Assembly: GCA_963693055.1 (NCBI GenBank)
Contig: OY843751.1
Coordinates: 3,648,001-3,712,000, forward strand
Length of the DNA stretch: 64,000 bases
Source: a bacterium
GTDB lineage: Bacteria > Zhuqueibacterota > Zhuqueibacteria > Residuimicrobiales > Krinioviventaceae
Reading direction: 5' to 3'
Shown here piece after piece: positions 7,908-18,841 of this stretch. Each line of letters opens with the position of its first letter. The first letter of the stretch is position 1. Position numbers and translations under genes: made by a program. The notes beneath the pieces were generated by a model. It saw only the letters and a list, made by a program, of their open reading frames with translations, searched no databases and was not told the DNA's origin.

Positions 7908-9467
7908 ATGAAAGACAGCAAAAAAATATTATGGGTGGATGACGAGATTGATCTCTTGCGCCCGCATATTCTATTTCTTGAAGGCAAGGGATATGATGTT
8001 ACATCTGTAGCAAATGCAGAAGATGGTATTGAACTGGTCAAACAAACCGAGTTTGATCTCATCCTCTTAGATGAGATGCTGCACGGCATAGATGGGTTAA
8101 CAGCACTCAATGAAATTAAATCCATCAATCCTGGCTTGCCGGTAATTATGGTAACAAAGAGTGAAGAAGAAGCATTAATGGAAGATGCCATTGGTGCCAA
8201 GATTGATGATTATTTAACAAAGCCTGTTAATCCCAGTCAGATATTGCTGGTTTGTAAAAAAATTCTGGACAGTAAGAAAATAGCCAGTCAGAGAATATCC
8301 CGAGACTATACCATGGAGTTTAACAAAATTGCCATGAAATTGATGGGCCCCATGGAATGGCAAGACTGGGTAGATATTCATAACAAATTATCTGAATGGG
8401 ATGTAGAGTTGGACTCGCACCCAGATCTGGGTTTAAAACAAACCCTTTATGATCAGAAAAAAGAATGCAACGCCGAGTTTGGTAGGTTTATTGAAAAGAA
8501 CTATCTTGATTGGATCAACAGCGACGATCATCCTCCCATGTCTGTTGATGTAATACCCAAGTTTGTATTTCCACATATAAAAGAAAACAAAAAAACCATT
8601 CTCTTAATCATTGACAATCTTCGTTTGGATCAATGGATGGCCATTGAACCGTTATTGCGTTCATATTTTAAAATCCAGCGTGATCATTATTGTTCCATCT
8701 TGCCCACGGCTACACCCTATTCCAGAAATGCCATATTCAGCGGACTTTATCCTTTAGAGATTGAAAAGCAATATCCTGAAATGTGGTCAAGCGGAGAAGA
8801 TGAAGATGATATCAGCCTGAATCGTTATGAAGGCGAGTTAATGTTAAAGTTGCTGGAGAGGGAAAACATTAACCTGAAACCCGAGCCCAAATACGCCAAA
8901 ATATTAGACATGCAGGAAGCGCAAAATGTTGCCAGAGATATTCACGATTATGCCAACACCCCGTTCTCTGCAATTGTCATCAACTTTGTAGATATACTTG
9001 CTCACTCGCGTAGTTCATCTACACTTATAAAAGAAATGATTCCCAACGAAGCTGCTTTCAGATCTACAACGAAATCATGGTTTGAGCATGCCCACATTTA
9101 TTCGGCACTCCGCTCCCTGGCAGAAAATGGCAATACCGTTGTAATCACATCTGATCATGGCAGTATACAAAGTCATCGTGGAACCAAAGTAATCGGAGAC
9201 AGACACACCTCTACCAGTTTACGATATAAATTCGGAAGAAATCTCAAAGTCAGCAACAAACATGCATTATTTATCAAAGATCCCCGTGCATACCGGTTAC
9301 CTGTCCGTGGAGTAAATACAAATTACATCATGGCCAAAGAAGATTATTATTTTGTATATCCAACAAATTACCACCACTTTTTAAATTATTATGCCGACAG
9401 TTTTCAGCATGGCGGTATTTCATTAGAAGAACTCGTTTTACCGGTAATAACACTTGAACCCAGATAA
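7908..9467 (+). CDS. porX: PorX-like response regulator with PglZ/alkaline-phosphatase-superfamily domain
   Basis: ILWVDDEIDLL REC domain; IIDNLRLDQW, SILPTATPYSRNAIFSG, TSDHG, FQHGGISLEE; directly upstream of tsaE as in Bacteroidetes. Confidence 0.88.
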   Translation: MKDSKKILWVDDEIDLLRPHILFLEGKGYDVTSVANAEDGIELVKQTEFDLILLDEMLHGIDGLTALNEIKSINPGLPVIMVTKSEEEALMEDAIGAKIDDYLTKPVNPSQILLVCKKILDSKKIASQRISRDYTMEFNKIAMKLMGPMEWQDWVDIHNKLSEWDVELDSHPDLGLKQTLYDQKKECNAEFGRFIEKNYLDWINSDDHPPMSVDVIPKFVFPHIKENKKTILLIIDNLRLDQWMAIEPLLRSYFKIQRDHYCSILPTATPYSRNAIFSGLYPLEIEKQYPEMWSSGEDEDDISLNRYEGELMLKLLERENINLKPEPKYAKILDMQEAQNVARDIHDYANTPFSAIVINFVDILAHSRSSSTLIKEMIPNEAAFRSTTKSWFEHAHIYSALRSLAENGNTVVITSDHGSIQSHRGTKVIGDRHTSTSLRYKFGRNLKVSNKHALFIKDPRAYRLPVRGVNTNYIMAKEDYYFVYPTNYHHFLNYYADSFQHGGISLEELVLPVITLEPR

Positions 9468-9918
9468 TAAAAATAAAATCGTATTTGATAAACAATCAAC
9501 CAGTCCTGAAAACACGCAGGAATACGGTAGGTCCTTTGCTGCGTTATTAAAGCAAGGCGATATTGTTTGTTTTACCGGGAATCTAGGTAGTGGCAAAACT
9601 ACTTTTATAAAAGGATTATGTGTGGGTTTGGAAGTGAATGATAACGTAACCAGTCCCACTTTTACATTGATAAATGAATACAAAGGCAAACTGCCAATTT
9701 ACCACTTTGACTTTTATCGTATACCCCAGACTGAAGAGCTGGATGAATTGGGGTTATATGAATATCTTTATGGTGATGGTATTTGTCTCCTGGAATGGCC
9801 GGAAATTATATTGAATTCAATTAACAGTTCTTACTATATGGTTACAATGCAGCATTGCTTTGACAGCGGCAATGAAACAACAAGACAGGTCACAATAACC
9901 TTTAACGGGATCCAATAG
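9454..9918 (+). CDS. tsaE: tRNA threonylcarbamoyladenosine biosynthesis ATPase TsaE
   Basis: GNLGSGKTTF, VTSPTFTLINEY, HFDFYR, LEWPE. Confidence 0.95.
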   Translation: MNPDNKNKIVFDKQSTSPENTQEYGRSFAALLKQGDIVCFTGNLGSGKTTFIKGLCVGLEVNDNVTSPTFTLINEYKGKLPIYHFDFYRIPQTEELDELGLYEYLYGDGICLLEWPEIILNSINSSYYMVTMQHCFDSGNETTRQVTITFNGIQ

Positions 9919-9919
9919 A

Positions 9920-10600
9920 ATGCTGATTTTAGGAATTGAAACATCTACAAAGGTATGCGCGGTAGCCCTTGCTGATGATAAAGGTCTTGTTGCTGAAAGC
10001 CGTTTGAATATCAAAAACATCCACGCGCAAAAACTCCATTTAATGGTAGATGATCTGTTTGCAACCGCGGATTTAAATCTGAATGATCTGGATGGCATAG
10101 CTGTTTCCATAGGCCCCGGTTCATTTACCGGATTACGAATTGGACTTGCAGCCGCAAAGGGTTTGGCACTACCAACAGATATTCCCATAACAGCGGTACC
10201 TACCTTGAAGGCAATTGCCCACAAGGCGCCAATCATGGACGGAAAGGTTGCGGCTTTACTTCGGGCCCGTAAAAACGAATATTATTATGCATTATTTGAA
10301 CGTAATCATTTAATAAATGAACTGGTTAAAGATGTAACTATTATAACACTTGATGATATTGCAAAAGAGATCCCAAAAGACGCTTTACTTATAGGGCACA
10401 CAGACGAACTTGGAACGATTTTGCCGAACAAGACTACACCAGAACAATTTTCGCTGCCGGATGCATTTACTATTGCAAAGATAGGGTTGGAACATATTCG
10501 AAATAACAACATTCAACCCATTGATACAATAGAACCAGTATATCATCAAAACTTTATTGCAGGAAAACCGAAATCACCGGTAATTTCGTTTGATCAATAA
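9920..10600 (+). CDS. tsaB: t6A biosynthesis protein TsaB
   Basis: ILGIETST, GPGSFTGLRIG. Confidence 0.95.
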   Translation: MLILGIETSTKVCAVALADDKGLVAESRLNIKNIHAQKLHLMVDDLFATADLNLNDLDGIAVSIGPGSFTGLRIGLAAAKGLALPTDIPITAVPTLKAIAHKAPIMDGKVAALLRARKNEYYYALFERNHLINELVKDVTIITLDDIAKEIPKDALLIGHTDELGTILPNKTTPEQFSLPDAFTIAKIGLEHIRNNNIQPIDTIEPVYHQNFIAGKPKSPVISFDQ

Positions 10601-10612
10601 TAGAGAATTAGC

Positions 10613-11086
10613 TTGGAATTTTTTAAGCAGTTAAACGAGAATGTTACCCTTCAAGTAAGACGTATGCAGGAAGATGATATTGACCAGATTGCCGAATTAG
10701 AAAAAGAAATATTTCCAAACCCCTGGTCAAAGGTATCGTTTGCCGCAGAGTTATTACACAAATATTCAATATGCCTGGTGGTCCTTGACGACAAAAGAAT
10801 CATTGCCTATTCGGTTAACTGGTTCATTGAAGACGAGTTACACATTGCCAATCTTGCGGTATCAAGTGAATATCGCAAAATGGGTATTGCCTCCTGGTTG
10901 ATGGAAATCATTCTTTCCCTTTCAGAATCCATTTCAACACGTGTGATACATCTGGAGGTTAGAAAATCTAATGAACAGGCAATAAACCTGTATAAAAAAT
11001 TTGGTTTCATAGAAGTGGGTCTGCGTAAAAATTATTATGAAAAAGAACACGAAGACGCACTGTTAATGAGTTTAAATTTAAATTGA
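10613..11086 (+). CDS. rimI: Ribosomal protein S18 alanine N-acetyltransferase
   Basis: HIANLAV...RKMGIA, LEVRKSN..AI.LY.KFGF...R.NYY; follows tsaB. Confidence 0.9.
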   Translation: MEFFKQLNENVTLQVRRMQEDDIDQIAELEKEIFPNPWSKVSFAAELLHKYSICLVVLDDKRIIAYSVNWFIEDELHIANLAVSSEYRKMGIASWLMEIILSLSESISTRVIHLEVRKSNEQAINLYKKFGFIEVGLRKNYYEKEHEDALLMSLNLN

Positions 11087-11101
11087 ACAAATGGAGTTCT
11101 T

Positions 11102-11986
11102 ATGGCCTGGTTTAAACGAGGACAAAAAGGTCCAACCACGCAAACAAAAAAAGAGTTACCTAATGGTGTTTGGATCAAATGTGAGAGCTGCAATGAAGTA
11201 CTTTATATGAAAGAATTGCAAAAGAACTTGCATGTATGCTTCAAGTGTGATCACCACTTTCGAATTACCAGTGATGATTACATTGCAATCATTTCAGATC
11301 CGGGTACTTTTAAAGAAACAAACAAAAATATTCAGTCAACTGATCCATTAAAATTTAAAGATAAAAAACGCTATACAGACAGAATCAAAGCCGCAGTTCA
11401 GAATACCGGATTAACAGAAGCAATTAAAACCGGTACCTGTACGGTAAATGAATTGCCGGTAGTTCTTGCGGTAATGGATTTCAGGTTTATTGGCGGAAGC
11501 ATGGGGTCAGTTGTAGGCGAAAAAATTGCCCGCGCAACCAGAGCTGCAATAGAACAAAGGACCCCTCTTATTATCGTATCTTCTTCTGGTGGTGCACGAA
11601 TGCAAGAATCTGCACTTTCACTCATGCAAATGGCCAAAACCTCTGCATATCTTGCCAGATTGGCAGATGCCAAAGTGCCCTATATATCATTATTAACTCA
11701 TCCTACAACCGGTGGTGTTTCAGCAAGTTTTTCCATGCTGGGCGATATAATACTTGCTGAACCCAAAGCGCTTATAGGTTTTGCTGGAGAACGGGTCATT
11801 AAACAAACAATTGGGCAGGACCTACCCGAAGGTTTTCAGCGCGCCGAATTCTTGCTTGAACATGGATTTGTAGATACGATTGTACACAGGCACAAGCTTA
11901 AAGAAACATTGTATAACATACTAACATTTATGCCGCACAATGTCCCTGCAGCTGCTACCCAAATTTCTAATAATGGGGGATATTGA
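11102..11986 (+). CDS. accD: Acetyl-CoA carboxylase carboxyltransferase beta subunit
   Basis: Zn finger W.KC..C...C..C, GGSMGSVVGEKI, SGGARMQE, PTTGGVSAS. Confidence 0.97.
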   Translation: MAWFKRGQKGPTTQTKKELPNGVWIKCESCNEVLYMKELQKNLHVCFKCDHHFRITSDDYIAIISDPGTFKETNKNIQSTDPLKFKDKKRYTDRIKAAVQNTGLTEAIKTGTCTVNELPVVLAVMDFRFIGGSMGSVVGEKIARATRAAIEQRTPLIIVSSSGGARMQESALSLMQMAKTSAYLARLADAKVPYISLLTHPTTGGVSASFSMLGDIILAEPKALIGFAGERVIKQTIGQDLPEGFQRAEFLLEHGFVDTIVHRHKLKETLYNILTFMPHNVPAAATQISNNGGY

Positions 11987-12750
11987 TACAATTGAACATA
12001 TTATTAACAAACGATGACGGAATAAGCGCACCCGGACTGGCTGCTCTTGCGCAAGAAATGCAAAAGCTGGGTACTGTCCATGTGGTAGCACCTGAAACCG
12101 AAATGAGTGCTGTAGGGCATGCAATAACATTACATGATCCGTTGCGCGTTAGAGATTTTCATAAAAACGGCACTTATTTTGGCAAAGCTGTCAGCGGCAC
12201 TCCCGCCGATTGTGTCAAGATTGCCTGGGGCGCATTGTTAAAAGATTTGCCCAAAATTGATCTGCTTGTTTCAGGCATTAACCAGGGTTCTAATGCCGGT
12301 ATTAATACAATCTATTCTGGGACCGTTTCTGCAGCCACTGAAGGCGCAATTCTGGGTATTCCCTCTTTTGCAATTTCATTGGCATCTTTTACATTTACGG
12401 ATTTCAGTATAGCGGCACGTTTTGCAGCCAAGCTGACACCCCAAATATTAGCCAACAAACTCCCCAAAGGAGTGTATCTGAACGTGAATGTACCGGCCCT
12501 GCCTGAAGATGAAATTCAAGGTGTAGAAATTACCCGCCAGGGCATGGCAATCTATACCGAAGAATTTGAAGTACGAAGAGATCCAAGGAATCGTGAATAT
12601 TACTGGTTGACCGGGGAAAAACAAAAAATAGAAGCTGAACAGGATGTGGATGACAGAGCCATTATAAACAAAAAAATTTCAATTACTCCTGTACACTATG
12701 ACCTCACATATTATCCGTTTATGAACGAATTAAAACAATGGAACATTTGA
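11983..12750 (+). CDS. surE: 5'/3'-nucleotidase SurE
   Basis: ILLTNDDGI, GTPADCV, SGIN.G.N, YSGTV.AA.EG. Confidence 0.97.
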   Translation: MIQLNILLTNDDGISAPGLAALAQEMQKLGTVHVVAPETEMSAVGHAITLHDPLRVRDFHKNGTYFGKAVSGTPADCVKIAWGALLKDLPKIDLLVSGINQGSNAGINTIYSGTVSAATEGAILGIPSFAISLASFTFTDFSIAARFAAKLTPQILANKLPKGVYLNVNVPALPEDEIQGVEITRQGMAIYTEEFEVRRDPRNREYYWLTGEKQKIEAEQDVDDRAIINKKISITPVHYDLTYYPFMNELKQWNI

Positions 12751-12769
12751 AAATAAAAAAGAGAGATAA

Positions 12770-14308
12770 ATGACGCATAACGAATCGATCATTGTTCTTG
12801 ATTTTGGTTCACAATATACTCAACTCATTGCAAGACGAATCAGGGAGTTGGGTGTTTATTCCGAGATCAAGCCATTTGACTATGATATTGAAAAAATCAA
12901 AAAACTGGCTCCCAAAGGAATTATTCTTTCTGGTAGTCCGTCCTCTGTTTATGAAAAAGATGCCCCCCTGCCAGACAGCAGCGTGTTTGATCTGGGCTGC
13001 CCGGTTCTGGGTATCTGTTATGGATTGCAGGTTATGGCACACATTAACGGTGGTAAGGTAGCTGGCGCCCTGCACCGCGAATATGGCCATGCAGATTTAC
13101 AGGTAGATGACCATTCTGACTTGTTTCATCAGCTGGACAAGCAGGTATCTGTTTGGATGAGCCATGGTGATCGTCTTGAAGCCCTTCCCCCCGACTTTGA
13201 GATCATTGCCCATACCCAAAACGCTCCAATAGCTGCGGTTCGACATAAACAAAAACATTATTATGGTATTCAATTTCATCCCGAAGTGGTGCATACTCCC
13301 CGTGGTAAAGATATTCTGGGCAATTTTGTTTATAAAATCTGTGGTTGTGACAATTCATGGGGTGCAACTTCATTTGTTGACACAGCCATCAATGATATAA
13401 AAAATACCGTTGGCGATGCCCATACCATCTGCGCGTTGAGTGGTGGTGTAGATTCAACAGTTGCCGCTTATCTGGTGGCCAAAGCCATTGGTAAAAACCT
13501 GACCTGTATCTTTGTAGATACCGGCATGCTGCGCGAAAATGAAGCAGAACAGGTCTGTGAATACTTTAAAGATGCAGAGTTTAATTTTATTTTTGTTGAC
13601 GCTTCAGAAAGGTTTCTCAGCAAACTTGAAGGGGTTATTGATCCCGAAGAAAAACGTAAAATTATTGGTACCGAATTTATTCGGGTATTTGAAGATGAAG
13701 CGTCTAAACTGGGTGATATTCAATACTTGGTTCAGGGTACCCTGTATCCCGATGTAATCGAAAGCGTATCCATTAAAGGTCCTTCCGCCCTTATAAAATC
13801 ACACCACAATGTTGGTGGTTTGCCGGAAAAAATGGGGCTAAAGTTAGTTGAACCCTTGCGCGAATTATTCAAAGATGAAGTCAGACGTGTTGGTAAAGAA
13901 TTACAAATTCCGGAAAATATTTTAAAACGCCATCCCTTCCCCGGTCCCGGCCTTGCCGTAAGGATTTTGGGTGAAATTACACGTGATCGGCTCAAAGTTC
14001 TAAGACCGGCAGACAGAATCTTTATTGAAGAACTGATTGCCAATGAAGAATATGATAATATCTGGCAGGCATTTGCGGTACTGCTTCCCATTCAAACAGT
14101 GGGTGTTATGGGAGATGAGCGTACCTATGAAAATGTTGTTGCATTAAGAGCTGTTACCAGTCTTGACGGCATGACAGCAGAATGGGCAATTATACCCAAT
14201 GATTTGCTGGCTAGAATTTCAAACAGAATCATCAATGAAGTAAAAGGTGTGAATCGGGTGGTTTATGATATTAGTACAAAACCCCCAAGCACCATAGAGT
14301 GGGAATAA
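12770..14308 (+). CDS. guaA: GMP synthase (glutamine-hydrolyzing)
   Basis: LDFGSQY, GICYG, QFHPEV, SGGVDS, KPP.TIEWE. Confidence 0.98.
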   Translation: MTHNESIIVLDFGSQYTQLIARRIRELGVYSEIKPFDYDIEKIKKLAPKGIILSGSPSSVYEKDAPLPDSSVFDLGCPVLGICYGLQVMAHINGGKVAGALHREYGHADLQVDDHSDLFHQLDKQVSVWMSHGDRLEALPPDFEIIAHTQNAPIAAVRHKQKHYYGIQFHPEVVHTPRGKDILGNFVYKICGCDNSWGATSFVDTAINDIKNTVGDAHTICALSGGVDSTVAAYLVAKAIGKNLTCIFVDTGMLRENEAEQVCEYFKDAEFNFIFVDASERFLSKLEGVIDPEEKRKIIGTEFIRVFEDEASKLGDIQYLVQGTLYPDVIESVSIKGPSALIKSHHNVGGLPEKMGLKLVEPLRELFKDEVRRVGKELQIPENILKRHPFPGPGLAVRILGEITRDRLKVLRPADRIFIEELIANEEYDNIWQAFAVLLPIQTVGVMGDERTYENVVALRAVTSLDGMTAEWAIIPNDLLARISNRIINEVKGVNRVVYDISTKPPSTIEWE

Positions 14309-14324
14309 AAAAGGATGTTATCTT

Positions 14325-16157
14325 ATGTGTGGGATAGTAGGATACATTGGTGAACAAAAAGTTACACCAATATTATTAAACGGATTGAAAAGGCTGGAAT
14401 ACAGAGGGTATGACTCTGCTGGCCTTGCAATATTAAACAACAGCTCTATAGACATTTATAAAGCTGTTGGTAAAATTAAAGAACTAGAAAAGTCTATTAC
14501 CGGGAAAAAGATTTCCGGTACTGTAGGTATAGGGCATACACGCTGGGCAACACATGGTGAACCCTCGTTTACGAATGCGCATCCCCACACGGGTGATGAC
14601 AATAAATTGGCACTTGTCCATAATGGTATTATAGAAAATTATGAAGAACTAAAATCAGAACTGCAAGCCAAAGGGCACACCTTTAAAACAGAAACAGATA
14701 CTGAAACCCTCTGTCACCTGTTTGAAGAACTGGTCAACGAAGGCCACGAGTTTACCGAAGCTGTACGCTTGGGACTGGGCCGTGTTGAGGGTACTTTTGG
14801 TTTGGTTATTGTGAACTCGGAACAACCGGACAAGATCGTTGCAGCCAGACGTGGTAGTCCATTGGTTATAGGTTTAGGAAATGGCGAAAACTTTATCGCT
14901 TCTGATGCCGCCCCCCTGGTAGGCCACACCACCAATGTTGTCTATCTTGAAGATAATGAGATGGCGGTAATTACCCGTAATTCTATGCAGGTAAAAACCA
15001 TTCAGGATGTTCCCGTCAATAAACTGGTTGAACATATTGACACAGATCTGGCCGAGATTGAAAAATCCGGTTATTCACATTTCATGCTCAAAGAGATCAT
15101 GGAACAACCACAAACCATGTCAGATACTATGCGCGGCAGACTGTTGTTAAAAGAAGGTACCTCGCATCTGGGTGGTTTGGGTAAAGATATTGAATCTTTG
15201 CTATACGCGCGCCGTGTTATTATAACCGCATGCGGAACGTCGTGGCATGCAGCCTTGATTGGCGAATACATGCTTGAAGAGCTGGTAGGCATTCCGGTTG
15301 AAGTAGAGTATGCATCCGAATTTCGCTATCGCGATCCTGTACTGGGTAGCGACTCCGTAGTGATCGCCATTAGCCAATCCGGCGAAACTGCTGATACACT
15401 GGCAGCAATCCGTGAAGCAAAACGCAAACGCTGTAAAGTATTTGGAATTTGTAATGTAGTAGGTTCAAGCATTGCCCGCGAAACAGACGCAGGTGTATTT
15501 TTACACGCAGGACCCGAGATTGGTGTTGCATCAACAAAAGCGTTTACCTCGCAGGTAACGGTATTGTCACTCATAGCGCTGTTATTAGGACGTATGCGTT
15601 CAGTCTCCAGTGCTAAAGGAATGGAAATTGCCAAAGAATTGGCCGCAATTCCATCCAAAGTTGAAAAAGTACTGGAAAACCATGAACAGATCAAAGAAAT
15701 TGCAAAAGAGATCAAAGACATTCGCAATGTATTGTATCTGGGCAGAGGTTATAATTTTCCGGTAGCATTAGAAGGTGCTTTGAAATTAAAAGAAATTTCT
15801 TATATTCATGCCGAAGGTTATCCTGCCGCAGAGATGAAACACGGTCCCATTGCTCTGATTGATAAAGATATGCCTGTTATAGTTATTGCAACCAAAGATT
15901 CTATCTATGACAAGGTTATGAGCAATATTGAAGAAGTTCGGGCAAGAAAGGGTCGTGTAATTGCAATAGCAACCGAAGGCGATACCGAAATAGCAAAAAA
16001 AGCAGACAGGGTTATATATGTTCCATCAACCCTTGATTTGCTGAACCCACTAATTAATATTATTCCCTTGCAGCTATTGTCATATTATATTGCTGTATTA
16101 AGGGGCTGCGATGTGGATCAGCCTAGAAATCTTGCAAAAAGTGTAACTGTTGAATAA
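14325..16157 (+). CDS. glmS: Glutamine--fructose-6-phosphate aminotransferase
   Basis: MCGIVG, GHTRWATHG, C-terminal PRNLAKSVTVE. Confidence 0.98.
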   Translation: MCGIVGYIGEQKVTPILLNGLKRLEYRGYDSAGLAILNNSSIDIYKAVGKIKELEKSITGKKISGTVGIGHTRWATHGEPSFTNAHPHTGDDNKLALVHNGIIENYEELKSELQAKGHTFKTETDTETLCHLFEELVNEGHEFTEAVRLGLGRVEGTFGLVIVNSEQPDKIVAARRGSPLVIGLGNGENFIASDAAPLVGHTTNVVYLEDNEMAVITRNSMQVKTIQDVPVNKLVEHIDTDLAEIEKSGYSHFMLKEIMEQPQTMSDTMRGRLLLKEGTSHLGGLGKDIESLLYARRVIITACGTSWHAALIGEYMLEELVGIPVEVEYASEFRYRDPVLGSDSVVIAISQSGETADTLAAIREAKRKRCKVFGICNVVGSSIARETDAGVFLHAGPEIGVASTKAFTSQVTVLSLIALLLGRMRSVSSAKGMEIAKELAAIPSKVEKVLENHEQIKEIAKEIKDIRNVLYLGRGYNFPVALEGALKLKEISYIHAEGYPAAEMKHGPIALIDKDMPVIVIATKDSIYDKVMSNIEEVRARKGRVIAIATEGDTEIAKKADRVIYVPSTLDLLNPLINIIPLQLLSYYIAVLRGCDVDQPRNLAKSVTVE

Positions 16158-16169
16158 AAGGAGGATTGT

Positions 16170-18014
16170 TTGCGTACATCCAATCACTTCACATTACTAC
16201 TCGTAATACTGTTTTTTAGCATCACCATACAAACTACCTTGGCCCAGGATGCAGAGACAAAAAAACTATTTGATCAGGGTGTAATTTATTACCAAAATAG
16301 ATTATACAAGGACGCGTTTACCACATTCAAGTCCATTGAATCAATGACAACGCCAAATCCTTTAATTACTTCAACCTACCTCATGCTTGCCAAGACTGCA
16401 ATCAAAGTGGGTGAAGAAGAAAAAGCAGCCAGTTACATCAAATATTTACGATCTGCATATCCCGAGAGTAAATATAATGCACATGGCTATTACCTGATGG
16501 GCCAAATTGATTTTGGAAAACAGTGCTATGTAAATGCTTTTGAAAATTTCAGCAAAGCCAGAGAATTTTCAACGGATGATGAATTAACAAATTTGGCAAC
16601 TGCCGCATGTGATACCCTGCTAAGTTTGGGCATTGATCACAAAACCCTGTTAAATTTGTATTCAAGTTATCCCTGGCAGAAAAATAAAACCGTTTTCGAG
16701 TTATGGACTGCAGAATCTTATATCCGTAATGGAGACAGAGAATCAGCAAACCTCATCCTGAACCAGATACTATCAACTCAAAAAGATTCCAAGGTACTTG
16801 ATAAAGCGCAAGCATTGAAAAACCTTCAATATACACCCAAATTAAAGATTGGGGTTATCTTGCCCTTGTCCGGCTATTTTTCTGATGAGGCAAAACAATT
16901 GCTTCGTGGTATGGGGCTGGCACTGGAAGAAAACAAAGACGTTAAGAATCTGATTGATCTGGAAATTGCTGATTCGCAGGGTGAACAGGTAGGTGCAGTT
17001 CATACAGCGCTTGATATCACCCAAAAAGATTATTCATTATTAATAGGCGAACTTGAAGATAATAACTCTATAGCCATTGCAGGACTTGCGGCCCGGGAAA
17101 ACATTCCCATCATTGTTCCGGTAGGTACACAAAATGGTGTTGCAACCATTGGAGATAAAACCTTTCAAGCCAATAATGACCTCAATACCCGTGGTGCGGC
17201 TTTGGGTGAATATGCAGTAAATGTTCTGGGCATGAAAACCTTTGCAACCATAGCTCCCGCCGATGAATATGGACACGCCCTTACAGATGCCTTTACCAAA
17301 AGAATTGACAACCTGGGCGGTACCATCATCTCCCAAAAATGGTTTTACCCTGGAACTACGGATCTTAAACGTCAGCTTGATGCAATCCGCGAAGCAGGTT
17401 TCAGATATGCGTTTCGTGATTCCATAGAGGCTATGGGCTTACCGGTAACACAATCCAGAATCGACTCTATTTACAATGTAATGAACGAATGGGCCAAAGA
17501 TAAATCAACTGACAATGAAGGCCTCATCGAGTCTACCGATATTCCGGTTACATCTATTGATGGATTCTTTTTGCCGGTGTATGAAGAAGAGCTCTCAATC
17601 ATTTCTCCTCAATTGGCATTATCTAATATTGTAACTACACCCTTGGGTGGCGGATACTGGCTTGATAAACGACTGCTTAGAAGACAGAGAAACTATTTAG
17701 ACGGTTGTGTTTTTGTAGCAGGATATTATTTTTCAGAAACCGACCTGAGATATAAAAAATTTGTAAATGACTATCGTCTATTAACCGCTGCATCACCGGG
17801 CAAACTTTCGGTATATGGTTATAATGTTATGAATCTCATTATTAAGGCCGTAAGAGAAGGCAGCACAACACGTGAGGAAATTGTCAACTATCTTGATAAT
17901 GTGAAAGACTTTGATGGTATTGGCGGCAAAATCACCTTTTATCAAAGCGGACATGTAAACAAGGCAGTAAATATTTTACAATACAAAGACGGAAACATAT
18001 CAAAAATCAATTAA
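16170..18014 (+). CDS. Exported TPR + type I periplasmic-binding-fold protein (LpoA/LppC-like)
   Basis: Signal peptide, TPR-like helices (YPESKY), then KIGVILPLSG type I PBP domain. Confidence 0.65.
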   Translation: MRTSNHFTLLLVILFFSITIQTTLAQDAETKKLFDQGVIYYQNRLYKDAFTTFKSIESMTTPNPLITSTYLMLAKTAIKVGEEEKAASYIKYLRSAYPESKYNAHGYYLMGQIDFGKQCYVNAFENFSKAREFSTDDELTNLATAACDTLLSLGIDHKTLLNLYSSYPWQKNKTVFELWTAESYIRNGDRESANLILNQILSTQKDSKVLDKAQALKNLQYTPKLKIGVILPLSGYFSDEAKQLLRGMGLALEENKDVKNLIDLEIADSQGEQVGAVHTALDITQKDYSLLIGELEDNNSIAIAGLAARENIPIIVPVGTQNGVATIGDKTFQANNDLNTRGAALGEYAVNVLGMKTFATIAPADEYGHALTDAFTKRIDNLGGTIISQKWFYPGTTDLKRQLDAIREAGFRYAFRDSIEAMGLPVTQSRIDSIYNVMNEWAKDKSTDNEGLIESTDIPVTSIDGFFLPVYEEELSIISPQLALSNIVTTPLGGGYWLDKRLLRRQRNYLDGCVFVAGYYFSETDLRYKKFVNDYRLLTAASPGKLSVYGYNVMNLIIKAVREGSTTREEIVNYLDNVKDFDGIGGKITFYQSGHVNKAVNILQYKDGNISKIN

Positions 18015-18123
18015 TTATGACTTGCGTCACACCAAATATGGAAATATTCTATTAATATAGTATGTTTAAAAAAACGAAACAACAGAAACTCAAAACTAAC
18101 AATCATGATGGAGGGCAATCCTA

Positions 18124-18675
18124 ATGAAAAAACTTTTACTGATTATGCTGGTACTCGCAACCCCGTTTATGGCAATGGCGCAACTCGACCTGGGTCTATA
18201 TGGTGTTGGCGGTCAACTCGGTTATGCAATGCCTGAGAGTGGATTTGAAAATGCTTTAAGCTTTGGTGCAAATGCTGACATTGGCTCATTTAATGAAAAC
18301 ATTAAACTTTTTGCTTACGTAAACTATTTCAGCAAATCCTATGGCAAAGAAACATGGGCAGACTTTACATTCTCTACACTTTCTATAGCCGTTATTGGGA
18401 AATACCCCTTTGAAATGCAGGGTTCATTAAAACCATACGCCGGCGGTGGTTTGGGCTTTGAAATATTCAAAACTGAATGGGATGTTGACAATTCATATAG
18501 TTATTATTGGGTTGATGAATCAGCAAGTTCAACTAGCTTGGGTATTCATTTGTTAGGTGGTGCTGAAATGGAAATTAACGAAAAAATGACCGGTTTTGGT
18601 GAAGTAAGATACACCATTTCTGATCTCGACTATTTCGGAATTTACGTTGGCGTTACCTATTCATTAGGCAAATAA
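18124..18675 (+). CDS. Outer membrane beta-barrel protein
   Basis: Signal peptide, KPYAGGGLG, alternating strands, terminal GVTYSL. Confidence 0.75.
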   Translation: MKKLLLIMLVLATPFMAMAQLDLGLYGVGGQLGYAMPESGFENALSFGANADIGSFNENIKLFAYVNYFSKSYGKETWADFTFSTLSIAVIGKYPFEMQGSLKPYAGGGLGFEIFKTEWDVDNSYSYYWVDESASSTSLGIHLLGGAEMEINEKMTGFGEVRYTISDLDYFGIYVGVTYSLGK

Positions 18676-18683
18676 TATTTAGC

Positions 18684-18718
18684 CCCTGTGCCTTTCCCCG
18701 GCACAGGGATTCCTTTCT
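18684..18718 (+). terminator. Stem-loop terminator
   Basis: CCCTGTGCC-N7-GGCACAGGG then a T-rich tail. Confidence 0.6.
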
Positions 18719-18746
18719 TGACAATAATCCTTTTTTTCCATATATT
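18718..18746 (+). promoter_or_regulatory. Sigma70 promoter
   Basis: TTGACA-N17-TATATT. Confidence 0.6.
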
Positions 18747-18841
18747 TTCTTTCGGTGGTTTTTACATTCTGCCTTAAATTCCTTCTAGTATCTCTATTAT
18801 GTAAGAGTAATACTTAAATATTTATCTCATCCGGAGTTGTT

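Noticed and set aside
14309-14324. Possible glmS ribozyme upstream of glmS
   Set aside because: Only 16 bp separate guaA and glmS, leaving no room
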